Of a DNA stretch of 38,550 bases, positions 24,012-34,931 are shown one piece after another; position 1 is the first letter of the stretch; each line of letters begins with the position of its first letter. This stretch comes from Octopus bimaculoides (Eukaryota), in NCBI RefSeq assembly GCF_001194135.2, contig NC_069006.1, positions 389,351 to 427,900 of the forward strand, given 5' to 3'. The position numbers and the translations under genes are program-made. The notes beneath the pieces are model-generated. The model was given only the letters and a program-made list of their open reading frames with translations. It searched no databases and was not told the DNA's origin.

Positions 24012-24181
24012 CCGTTAGATTCACTTCAACATTTGAATTTAATTTGCCAAAATATTTTCATCGCTTTGAGACTGCGACCTGTTCACTGACAAAATTCCGT
24101 GCTGCAGTGAACAGGTCGCGGTCTCAAAGCGACGAAGATATTTTGGCAAATTAAATTGAAATGTTGAAGTGAATCTAACGG
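24012..24181. repeat. 170-bp fold-back (77-bp arms, 4 mismatches, 16-nt spacer)
   Basis: 24012-24088 is the reverse complement of 24105-24181. Confidence 0.95.
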
Positions 24182-24199
24182 GTTTTTTGTGTTTTTAAA

Positions 24200-24402
24200 T
24201 GGCTTATAAACACCTTCCACGTTGCCATTGTTTTTGTTTCAGCACATGATTTCAGATCAGGTCACTTGCTATGCAAGTACATCTCCGTAATTATATATCT
24301 TGTTTCCGGTATAAATAGATATTACTAAGAAATATTACAGGTCCCTGGCACGTTGGAAAAAAAACTGCCGGTACGCCACATCAGATAGTTTGAGAAGCAC
24401 TG
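24200..24402. mobile_element. One end of a hAT/Charlie-like DNA transposon
   Basis: Terminal GTTTGAGAAGCACTG (reverse complement CAGTGCTTCTCAAAC) resembles hAT-Charlie TIRs. The other end is not seen and may lie in the gap at 23586-23922. The internal boundary is arbitrary. Confidence 0.5.
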
Positions 24403-24429
24403 CCCTTCACCATAAAATGGTTGAATCTT

Positions 24430-24735
24430 TTTTTATTTTTTACTTATTTCAGTCATTGCACCGTGGTCATGCTGGAGCATGACTTCCTTGAAGAACTTTA
24501 GTAGAAAAAAGTCGACCTCAGTTCCTGTTGTTTTAGTCTGATACTTATCCTACCGGTCTGTTTTGCGGAATCGCTAAGTTACTGGGAAGTAAACAAACCG
24601 ACACCGATTGTCAAGCGGTGGGGTGAGGGAAGGACAAACACATAGACATACATAGAGTAGAAGACGCTTGGTTAAGGTGCCATAGGGTGGGACTGAACCT
24701 GAAACCAGGTTGTTTTAAGGCAAAGTTTTTAACCA
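24430..24735 (-). mobile_element. SINE family B copy
   Basis: TTTCAGTCATTG..CATGCTGGAGCA..CGCTAAGTTAC..TTGTCAAGCGGTG..GGGACTGAACC. Confidence 0.8.
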
Positions 24736-24849
24736 CAGAGCCATATCTTCTTGCTTTTCTTCGTTTTCACCTTCTTCCACATGCCTCTTCCTCCTTTCTT
24801 GTTCCTCCTCTGCGCCACCTCTTCCTTGTATTTGATGGTATTGGTGGTA

Positions 24850-25385
24850 GAGTCTAAATTCTGCTCATGTCAGCTTTGCCTTTCATTCTTTCAAGATCGA
24901 TAAAATAAAATACCAGTCAAGTACTGGGGTCAATGCAAATGACTAACTCCCTTCCCCAAATTTCAGGCCTTGTGCTCATATTAGAAAGACTTAGTTAAGG
25001 TGGCGGCTTGGCAGAATCGTTAGAACGCCGGACAATAATCGGCATTTCTTGAGCTTTACGTTCTGAGTTCAAATTCCGCCGAGATAGACTTGGCTTTTCA
25101 TCATTTCGAGGTCGACAAGACCCGTTCCCGAAAATTTTCAGACCTTGTAGTAAGAATTTTTGTTATGGCATTGAGCTGGTAGAATCTTTAGGGCAGGGGA
25201 CAAAATGCTTAGTAGCATTTCTCCCGACTGTTTATTTTCTAAGTTCACATCCCACCAAGGTCAACTTTGGGGTCAATAAAATAAAGTACCAGTCAAGTAC
25301 TGCGGTCGATGTAATCAACTGACTTCCTCCTCTCCTTAAAATTGCTGGCCTTGTGCTATAGTTTGAGGCATTTGTTGTTGATAAT
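24850..25385 (+). mobile_element. Head-to-tail cluster of three family A SINEs
   Basis: Family A blocks recur at about 24850-24990, 24997-25150 and 25165-25385. Confidence 0.8.
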
Positions 25386-26129
25386 GATGGTAGTAGTGGT
25401 GGTGGTGGTGGTAGAAACATTTTATTTCTGTTTCACTATAATAATAACAGTGATGTGTTGTACTAATAATAAATTAACACAAACTTCCTTTTTACACCAA
25501 GCCTGCATTCTAAACAGAGGTCGTTAATCTGGCAACTTTCCTTTTCTCCTACTTAAATCTTGTGATTTTCTTGTCGTAAAAGTGTAGAACCTGAAATGCT
25601 AGATTCTCTTCGTTTTCTTTCTTTTATTTGCTGAGTTTATTTTCTTCGTATACACCTTCTGTTCATTCGTATTGATTCGTTTTTCTCTTCTACGATTCTT
25701 TCTGCCACATTTTACTTTTCTACATTCCTCTGCTATTTGTACATCTCATCCTTAGGTCTTAACCTCAGTTATGTTATTTGTAATATATATATATATTGTA
25801 GGCCAAAAGTCACGTACAAAATATGTTTAATACGCCACGGATTTGTGAAAGAGAGGCTTCAATTTTCTTAAAACGCATAAATCAAATAGAATAATGAATA
25901 CACCCGTACCTGTACAAGATGGAACAAAATGAATGATAATAATAACGTAATGTAAATAAAATGTCAAATGTTTTGGTGAGTCACTTTTGGTCCACTCTGC
26001 ATTATATNNNNNNNNNNNNNNNNNNNNNNNNNNNNNNNNNNNNNNNNNNNNNNNNNNNNNNNNNNNNNNNNNNNNNNNNNNNNNNNNNNNNNNNNNNNNN
26101 NNNNNNNNNNNNNNNNNNNNNNNNNNNNN

Positions 26130-26179
<50 letters not shown>

Positions 26180-26289
26180 GCAGGCGTACGCACTAACATG
26201 TATACACAAGCACGCAGACAAGAGTCTTCCATACCTGCACGCTGTGGTGATTTTGGTATATGGAAACTATATGGAAGCATGTCGAATAT

Positions 26290-26692
26290 ATATGTAATAC
26301 AAAATTAATATAAACAGCAGGTTGCAATGTTTCACCAAAAGGAAGAATTATAATTGTCTTAAATGCAACGAGGGTGTTTAAAAAAACACCTAGATTGCTA
26401 GAGATAAGAGCTAAAACGCTCTAATGCATGGTGTATATGGTTTAAGCTGGCTTAACTGATGAGGCAACGGAAATTGCCGAAACTGACATCAGTCTTAAGA
26501 ATTCTCAGTCGGCATTTTTCGGACAATTATGGTCCCTGTTAGTGTATATGTTTTCATTCATGTGCGTTAACTACAACATTAGTGCATTTTAGCTCTTATT
26601 TCTAGCGATGCAGGTGTTTTTTTTTAACACCATAGTCACATTTAGTGATCATTAAAATTCTCCTGCTGTTTATATTAATTTTGTGTATACAC
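26290..26692. repeat. Long interrupted inverted repeat enclosing hammerhead unit 1
   Basis: 26299-26320 is the exact reverse complement of 26663-26684. 26373-26426 approximately matches the reverse complement of 26577-26631. Confidence 0.85.
26451..26499 (+). ncRNA. Type I hammerhead ribozyme with an intact canonical core
   Basis: CTTAA-CTGATGA-GGCAA-CGGAAA-TTGCC-GAA-ACTG-ACAT-CAGT-C-TTAAG: all three stems pair; GUC cleavage is predicted after 26494. Confidence 0.9.
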
Positions 26693-26764
26693 ATTATCGA
26701 ATCGCTAAATCATCCATTAATTTGAGTGACGGAAGCATAATACTAATAGAGAATACTCAGCTGG

Positions 26765-26813
26765 CCTAACAGATGAGGCAACGGAAGCTGCCGAAACTGA
26801 TGTCAGTCTTAGG
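26765..26813 (+). ncRNA. Second type I hammerhead copy with a U4>A core mutation
   Basis: CCTAA-CAGATGA-GGCAAC-GGAA-GCTGCC-GAA-ACTG-ATGT-CAGT-C-TTAGG; part of a 102-bp direct repeat (26445-26546 and 26759-26860). Confidence 0.85.
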
Positions 26814-27189
26814 AATTCTCGGTCGGCATTTATCAGACAGTTATGGTCCCTGCCAGTGTACGAAGTCTGATCAGTAAGTATCCGGACTAAAGCACGCAGG
26901 GTAAATTCGCTTGGCGTAGATTGACTTTGACCTCTGCTGTGCATGCACCACTAAGTCTTAATGCCATAGCTCCATTCTGCTGTTTACAGCATTGCTTGGA
27001 AGGAAGGTGTGTAGCGTGTAATCGTCGCATTGACCATGACAGNNNNNNNNNNNNNNNNNNNNNNNNNNNNNNNNNNNNNNNNNNNNNNNNNNNNNNNNNN
27101 NNNNNNNNNNNNNNNNNNNNNNNNNNNNNNNNNNNNNNNNNNTATATATATATATATATATTGTTATTATTATTTAGAATTTTTAATAT

Positions 27190-27445
27190 TTTTTTTGAGT
27201 GGTTGGTGTAACACGGCGCTTTGTTTAACACTTTGATTTGGTGCAGCCTCAATCAGACACTTGTAGTTTTAATCCCATCAACAAACACACCGCCATATTT
27301 AACTTCTTTGAGTGGTAGGTTTAAAGAGGTGCTTTAACTCCACGTGTTTGTATAGCCTCCACTGGACACTTGTTTTAACCGCAATAATACACCAGTTTAT
27401 TTAAATCCTTCGTGTGGTAGGTCTAACACGGCGCTTTGTTTAAAA
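27190..27445. repeat. Degenerate tandem repeat with a ~105-113 bp unit
   Basis: (T/C)G(A/T)GTGGT starts at about 27196, 27309 and 27411; AACACGGCGCTTTGTTTAA is exact at 27210 and 27425. Confidence 0.7.
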
Positions 27446-28379
27446 GAACGATTCTCTCCTCCGTCTATGCTCAGATAAGTCAACCACTTTCAGTATCGCC
27501 ATTCCGGAGAGTAGGAAGACCAGCTGACAAAAGGTCATGAAGAATGTCCCTCGTCTATGACCCAATATTAGTACCTGAAACGCTAAGCCACGTGTGCCTT
27601 TTCATTTGGTTAGCGGTGCCCTCTCTAAGTTTTTTTTTCTCTTTAGTCAGGAGTGAAGGCAGTATTCATGACCCGCCACAGGGCCTCTCAGACTGGTGGG
27701 AAGGAGAAAGGTGTCCTCAACTCGGAAACCTGGGCCGCTTGCAACAGAATGAAGTGCACTAAACTTAAAGTGTAAAGTAGTGGTGGGAAAATTTGACCTC
27801 GATCGAAATTGAACTCAGAACGTATAGTGTCAGAACAAAATAACGTATGACTTTCTGTCCGCTGCTTAAACAACTGCGCCGTGTTGTCTCTAACGCCTTT
27901 ACGCGCGAAAGGGGGAAAGTAGTGGCTTTACTGAGAAAGGTGGAACAGAGAAAATGGAATATTATATATATATATATATAGATAGGTAAGAAGATTGATA
28001 GAGTGGTGGTATTGGCGGTGGCTTATAGCACAATGGATCTATCTTCGCGGTGTTTTATCATTTTATGTAGTGTTGTGGCGGAAGTTCAGGGAAAATACTG
28101 CATGAAACATATTTCTACTACTACTACTACTACCAGTACTACTACTACTATCAGATACTCGACAGCCTAAATGCTAAAACGCAGCATTCATTTATGCTGA
28201 CACACACTTTCACCATTACCACTATCAATATCAGAGTACCTGCTACTCACACGCCACCTATCGGTGTTACCAACATACACCCACATATACACTTTACAGG
28301 ACGGGTACCAAAGTATACGGCGCCATTACGCACGGAGAAGGTAATCATCTACAAAAGACACACACACAGACAAAACAAC

Positions 28380-28421
<42 letters not shown>

Positions 28422-28952
28422 TGTGTAAATAACAGAGTGTAATGGAGAAAGAAAGAGTGTGAGAGAGTAAGAGAAAGAGGGTGAAAGAGTTAGTAGTCAG
28501 CCTACAATAAGACGAACGAAAGAGAAATAGAAAGTGAAAGAGAGGAGAACGAGGAAGGAAAGAAGGGATAACGTGAGTAAGATAGGAGAGGTGGAAAGAA
28601 GTTAAAGTTCTATAATAATACAGCGGGGGGGGGGGATCAGAGAGGTAATGAGGAAGAGTGAGTGAAAGAATAAGACAAGAATGAAAGAGTTAAACAGAGG
28701 GGATTGAAAGACGTTGAGATGTGGAGGTAGATTTTGATAGAGATAAAAAGACGAAGGAAGTTTATAGATACACACAACGCACATATAAACATACATGTTG
28801 CATATTCATTATATCATAACCTTGATACTGGCTGCTGGTAATTATAGTGTTAAACACTTTCGGTATGCAAATTAGGGACTCCTTCATAGATTAACTGCTG
28901 CATTTATTGAGTATATAAACAGTTTGGTTGATTATTTCTCTGGATACTGTCA

Positions 28953-29020
28953 GAATGATGTGGACGCCCCTGATGAGAACCCAATAAGGTTCGAAAATCG
29001 ATTAAAGTTATTCATCATTC
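28953..29020 (+). ncRNA. Hammerhead-like motif with degenerate stem I, in a possible Penelope-like terminal repeat
   Basis: CTGATGA-GAACC-CAATAA-GGTTC-GAA-AATCGATT-A. Distal GAATGATG/CATCATTC pairs, but the proximal stem I does not. Confidence 0.55.
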
Positions 29021-29139
29021 TTTTCAGTCTGCGGAGAAATAGGTAAAATTTGCCCTGTTTATAATGATACCATATTACATATATATTACAGAAGGAGAGG
29101 GAGGGAGGGAGAGAGAGAGAGAGAGATAATTCTGAGTAG

Positions 29140-29300
29140 AGCGGTTAGTGACTGGTATTGTACTTCTACCGAATACCAATAGACGAAAAGACAACAAATG
29201 ACCTTGACAGGATATGTATACAGCACGTAAAGAGCAAGGGCAAGTACCACAAAACATTTTGCCCGACACACTAACGAATCTCCCAATCCACTGACCTTAC
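29140..29300 (-). mobile_element. Old SINE family A-like copy
   Basis: Reverse complement TAAGGTCAG..TCGTTAGTGTGTCGGGCAAAATGTTTTGTGGTAC..CTTTACGTGCTG resembles the family A head. Confidence 0.5.
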
Positions 29301-29555
29301 GAAAAGAAATAATGAAATATGTGACTGAGTCAATGAAAATAATGAAGTATAGTGAATGGAAAAAAGTGAAAGGAATAAGAATAACTGAAGGAAGACGATA
29401 CGAAATACCAGAAGAAAACAGAGCAAATAAGCTTCAAATAAAAATCATTAAGAATCACTGAAAGTTTCATTTTTGTAATTGGTTTGCGAGATTCTAAATG
29501 TGTATTCGTGTGCTGAAATGTATCTTGTTGATGGATCTCCGGAGTGTCATTATAT

Positions 29556-29734
29556 CAATAATAAACGCACACATTGCTGCTATTTCATTTCTTTACTTTT
29601 TTATTAGTCAATTGGTTAGCCATTTAACCAATTAACTAATCAATTGTTTGATTAATTGTTCGGTCAATCAATCTACCGATCAGTTACGTTTGTCAAAGTG
29701 CTTCCGCCGCCATTACGAATTCGTCAATGACATG
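29556..29734 (+). repeat. Dispersed repeat G, second copy
   Basis: Colinear with 11038-11231. Confidence 0.75.
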
Positions 29735-30189
29735 TTTCTACTACTAGTCTGTTTCAGGTCATGACAAAAAAAAAAAAAAAAAAAAAAAAAATAATAAAGT
29801 GAAATAAAATCAGTACATATAGTTGTTGTTTTCATCATGACCCTACAGAGACGTGACAAAATTACTGAAAAATATCAGAAATAAACACTGTATTCCGTCA
29901 GACTGCAATGCGACATTGGATTGACTTCGAAGTCACTTTTAACAATATTTTTCTTTTAGAAAATTAAATTTGTACTCTACAAAAGTATAGAGTAACCTGT
30001 TAGATTAAAGTTAAATAATTATTATAACTAAATATAAAAACAAACATGAACATATACACACATATGGAGGTAAATGACAGAAATAAACCCAGTTATTTTC
30101 TGCAGGTACTACGCCAGTTTGGAAATGAAAAATGTTACAAAGTGTTACTAACACATATATACACTCACCTACACTTCCATGCACGTTAC

Positions 30190-30252
<63 letters not shown>

Positions 30253-31155
30253 CGTGCGTGCGTGTATGTATGTATAATATGCAGACACTATACACACACA
30301 AGTGAGGTTTGTCCAATGATTTCAATGTATTCTTTTTATGTGTAAAGTTAAAAAAAATATCGACAAAGAATTGCTAAGACCTGCTGATAATTACCAACGG
30401 CAAATTTTCATGTCCCATTTAACCAATAATAATTTAAAAATAAATGCATATTAATTAAAAAAAAAAAGAGAAGCACAACTTGAAAAAAACGCCAATTTAT
30501 ATTTTATCATCGAAACAATATAGGATTTGATTGGTTTCCAAGCAAAATGGCTGAAAATTTTTGCTGTTATTTTTACGGTGTTCAATGATAAAATTTAAAT
30601 ATTTCCTCAAAAATAGGAAAACGTGCTGAAAATAAGAAAATTCTATAAGGTCCATGAATTGGATTTTTGTAGAGTAATCAGAACTGCTGTGTTTTTCTCC
30701 AGCAACAACTCGATCAACAACAATGACAACAACATCAGCTACAAGAAGAAGCGTCGCGAACAAATATAATGCTTGTATCAGCTGAAGAAGAATGGAGGAT
30801 TTTGTTGTTGTTGTTGGTCGGCGTAGACTCTCCCCCCTCCCCACCGCCAGATCTTCCCCGTCATATCTAATGCATTCTTCAAAGACTTATTTTGATGGGA
30901 AAAAAGGGGGAGGAATTTTGTACTCCATTGAGTGGACTCTTGTTTGTGATTAATCCATTTTAATTTGAAACCGGAAGGATGGAAAACAAACACAATAAAG
31001 AAATAAACAAAAAAAAAACGCATACAAAACCGTAGTAAAATAATTCCCAGGGCAATTTAAGAAGTGAAAAAAAAATCAAACCTGAACTGAAGAATCATAC
31101 CGAAACGCATGGTTCTTTGTCAAGAATATAATTAGAACAACAACAACAACAAAAG

Positions 31156-31626
31156 TAATAATAACAGTTTCGGATTTAGGCATAAGGGACAGAAATTCTG
31201 AAATAAGAGGCGGAGGTGGTAAGTGTGTTGTGGCAGTCGATGCAATCCACTCCAGCACGTGACTGCTACAACTTTACGTTCTAAGTTCAAATCTCGGCAA
31301 GGGCTTGAGGGCCTTTCATTCTTTCCAGCTCGAATAAAATAAAGAACCAATAGAAATACCGGCGCAAAGTGTTTCTTTTTCGACGCACCAAGCTTCTAAC
31401 AATTCGCTAAACAATAACAATATTAAATCAGCCATAGAAACAAAAACAATAACAACAGTTTTGGATTTAGGTAGAACGCGTGAAAGGAAGAACGGTGGAG
31501 GTGAAGTCAGCCAATACCATGGACCCCAGCACTTGACTGGTACTTTAAGTTCCTAAGTTCAAACCCCGTCGAAATCAACTAGCGTACCCTTCATCGGTTC
31601 GAGGTCGAATGAAATATATATATATA

Positions 31627-31669
<43 letters not shown>

Positions 31670-31920
31670 CCCTGTACAAATATCACTGCTAAGCACCTTT
31701 CCGATGCATGAAGATTCCGATAGTTCGTTCATCAACGCTAATGATAACAATAATAACAAACAATACTAATAGTTTCAGCTTTCGGCACAAAATCGGCAAT
31801 TTTAGAAGTGACCGGTCGAGTACATCAACCTCAGTACTTGATTAGTAATTTATTTTATCAATCCCAAAAGAATGAAAGACAAGTCCGGCCTCAGCGGGAT
31901 TCGAACTCAGAGCGTAAAGG
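31156..31920 (-). mobile_element. Cluster of three minus-strand family A SINEs; the first two carry an internal inversion
   Basis: Copies at about 31156-31412, 31448-31615 and 31745-31920. A plus-oriented B-box segment lies at 31272-31344 and 31545-31615. Confidence 0.7.
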
Positions 31921-32496
31921 CTCTTGTTTACAGAAATCAGCAAATAAATTAATTGCTGGTGTATTCTGGTCTCCGCCAAACCGATAATAAGTGGTTACGG
32001 GCACAGAGAACAGTGGAACTCCGCGATGTCCCAAAATCCCTTTACCTCGATGAATCGAGAGAGTTGTAAACACAAGATCTGAATGATGATTCTATAAACA
32101 AGAGTCAAAATTCTTGTTTAGATTCTTTGATCCGGTGATAGTTTTGGCCGAAGAGACGCAGTTGGTCGACATCAACACACATCAGCAAATAATTCATTAA
32201 CTGAATGTATAAATAAGAGCCAAAAACTCTTGTTAGACTCATCAGTCCATAGTAACTCTGGCTGAAGAGACACAACAAGGTCAAAACACCGGGTGTTTCA
32301 AAGTCTCCTTTAAAACTCCAATTAATCCAGTTAACACACATTGTCTGAAAGTTGTGCTTCATGGACAACATACAACAACATTTAACACATTTACGTTCAA
32401 ATCTGCCAGAATGTACTAAGAATAAATATGTGTGACGTTGTCTACAAAAAAATATGCTCAAATGTATATACTGTTAGGAGACTGTCTCTTTGAATC

Positions 32497-32617
32497 TGCT
32501 ATAACAATACTCCTGTGTTTTTCTCCGTCACAACATATGAATAAGAAAGTAAGGGGCGATAGATGAATAAGGAAGGGGCAAACAGGTAGTGGGAGCGTTT
32601 CAACTCTGTGTGTGAGT
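32497..32617 (-). repeat. Dispersed repeat H, second copy
   Basis: Reverse-complement match to 10661-10802. Confidence 0.75.
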
Positions 32618-33838
32618 ATATGTGTGTGCATGTAAAAGGGAGGTATGTGAATGTGTGTGTGTGTATCAGAGAGAGAGAGAGAGAGAGAGAGTGAGTGAGT
32701 GAGTGAGTGAGTGAGTGAGTGAGTGAGAGAGTGAGAGAGTGNNNNNNNNNNNNNNNNNNNNNNNNNNNNNNNNNNNNNNNNNNNNNNNNNNNNNNNNNNN
32801 NNNNNNNNNNNNNNNNNNNNNNNNNNNNNNNNNNNNNNNNNNNNNNNNNNNNNNNNNNNNNNNNNNNNNNNNNNNNNNNNNNNNNNNNNNNNNNNNNNNN
32901 NNNNNNNNNNNNNNNNNNNNNNNNNNNNNNNNNNNNNNNNNNNNNNNNNNNNNNNNNNNNNNNNNNNNNNNNNNNNNNNNNNNNNNNNNNNNNNNNNNNN
33001 NNNNNNNNNNNNNNNNNNNNNNNNNNNNNNNNNNNNNNNNNNNNNNNNNNNNNNNNNNNNNNNNNNNNNNNNNNNNNNNNNNNNNNNNNNNNNNNNNNNN
33101 NNNNNNNNNNNNNNNNNNNNNNNNNNNNNNNNNNNNNNNNNNNNNNNNNNNNNNNNNNNNNNNNNNNNNNNNNNNNNNNNNNNNNNNNNNNNNNNNNNNN
33201 NNNNNNNNNNNNNNNNNNNNNNNNNNNNNNNNNNNNNNNNNNNNNNNNNNNNNNNNNNNNNNNNNNNNNNNNNNNNNNNNNNNNNNNNNNNNNNNNNNNN
33301 NNNNNNGACAAGGTGATACTCAGACATTCAAACACGAGTCCACTGCATCTTATAGCAGAAACAGCTGTAAGCTAATGGAGTTCATAAGATAATCCCTTAT
33401 TCCTTTGTCATCTCAATTTCTTATTACCGGTCTGCACCCAACTGACGTTTCGTTCTGAAGCATATGCGTACCGAGTTCTACATCAAGTTATTTATATCGT
33501 AATACCTAAGCGAAATATATATACACACACACAGACACACACACACACACAGAGGTGAATGGTCAACCGTATCGTGAGATTACATAATAATGACAGTAGG
33601 ATTGTAGTTGTTATATTTCGTGTTATAGCTGATTGTGAATTTCTGAGAATATCTCCATTAAGAATTATTTGTGCAATCTCTACTTTTCGAAAACAAATTT
33701 ACGATCAACACATTTCTTTTCCTTTTACGTTCAACAAATCAAGTTTGCAGCTGTAATTGTTTTCTTGAAAATAATTTAGCTGTGGGTGAACTTCATCCCA
33801 GTGTAATTTTAGTCTATTCAGAAGTCAATAGAGCGATC

Positions 33839-33873
<35 letters not shown>

Positions 33874-34327
33874 GTTGTTGCTATTTCCATTATATAGCAA
33901 TTACCTAAGTCATTATTAAGTCCATATCTCCAAGAAAAATGTACTTCGTCATTCAATTTTCTTCTATAATTAATACGATTCTGTTTACTGTTTGCGATGT
34001 TTTCTTTCGGTTCTTCTCTGATGTTGTTGATGTTGTTATGCCCAGCCCAGGTTTCAGTCAGATTTCAGACAAATATCGTTAAGACTTCTGCATAAAAGCT
34101 TTCTTAAATAAATGTAATTAGAAGAATAATTAATTATTTAACAAGGCTGATAGTTAGAGATGGTATTTAGTACAAACTCAATGAATCTGTAGTCGCTACT
34201 CGAAGTTTCATATCGAGCACTGCATGTCCAGAATGTGTCAGTTATGCAACGCGTGTAGGTTATATAACGTTGTGCAATGTCTGTTATGCAATGTGTGTAT
34301 GTTATGCCCTGTGTACATATCACGCAA

Positions 34328-34720
34328 GTGGAGGCGCAATGGCCCACCCTAACTAAATGGTTAGGGCAGCGAACTCGCGGTCATAGGATCACGGTTTCGA
34401 TTCCCAGACCAGGTATTGTGAGTGTTTATTGAGCGAAAACACCTAAAGCCCCACGAGGCTACGGCAAGGGATGGTGGCGAACCCTGCTGTACTCTTCCAC
34501 CACAACTTTCTCTCATTCTTTCTTCCTGTTTCTGTTGTGCCTGTAATTCAAAGGGGTCAGCCTTGTCACACTGTGTCACGCTGAATCTCCACGAGAACTA
34601 CGTTAAGGGTACACGTGTCTGTGGAGTACTCAGCCACTTGCACGTTAATTTCACGAGCAGGCTGTTCCGTTGATCGGATCAACTGGAACCCTCGACGTCG
34701 AAAGCGACGGAGTGCCAACA
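34328..34720 (+). mobile_element. Full-length SINE family C with a 13-bp target-site duplication
   Basis: TSD ACATATCACGCAA at 34315-34327 and 34721-34733; homologous to 5002-5371; inserted into a TATGCAATGTGT minisatellite. Confidence 0.93.
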
Positions 34721-34931
34721 ACATATCACGCAATATGTGCATATTATGCAATGTGTGCATATTATGCAATGTGTACATGTTATGCAACAATTCTGTGTTG
34801 GTATTGTGTGTATGTTAGGTAATGCGAATATGACTTGCAATGTGTGTTATGCAATGTGTGTTTTATGTGAAATGTCATACAACAACTTGTACTATGTAAT
34901 GTCTGTATTATGCAATGTGTGCATGTAACAT

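Noticed and set aside
24200-24295. Possible hAT transposase C-terminal remnant
   Set aside because: Only scattered residues in different frames; not supportable by eye.
31086-31115. CTGAAGA-ATCATACC-GAAACGCAT hammerhead-like signature
   Set aside because: No stem II can form and the predicted cleavage nucleotide would be G.
33440-33490. Minus-strand GAAACGTCAG with TTGATGT upstream
   Set aside because: The core is degenerate and there is no consistent stem II.
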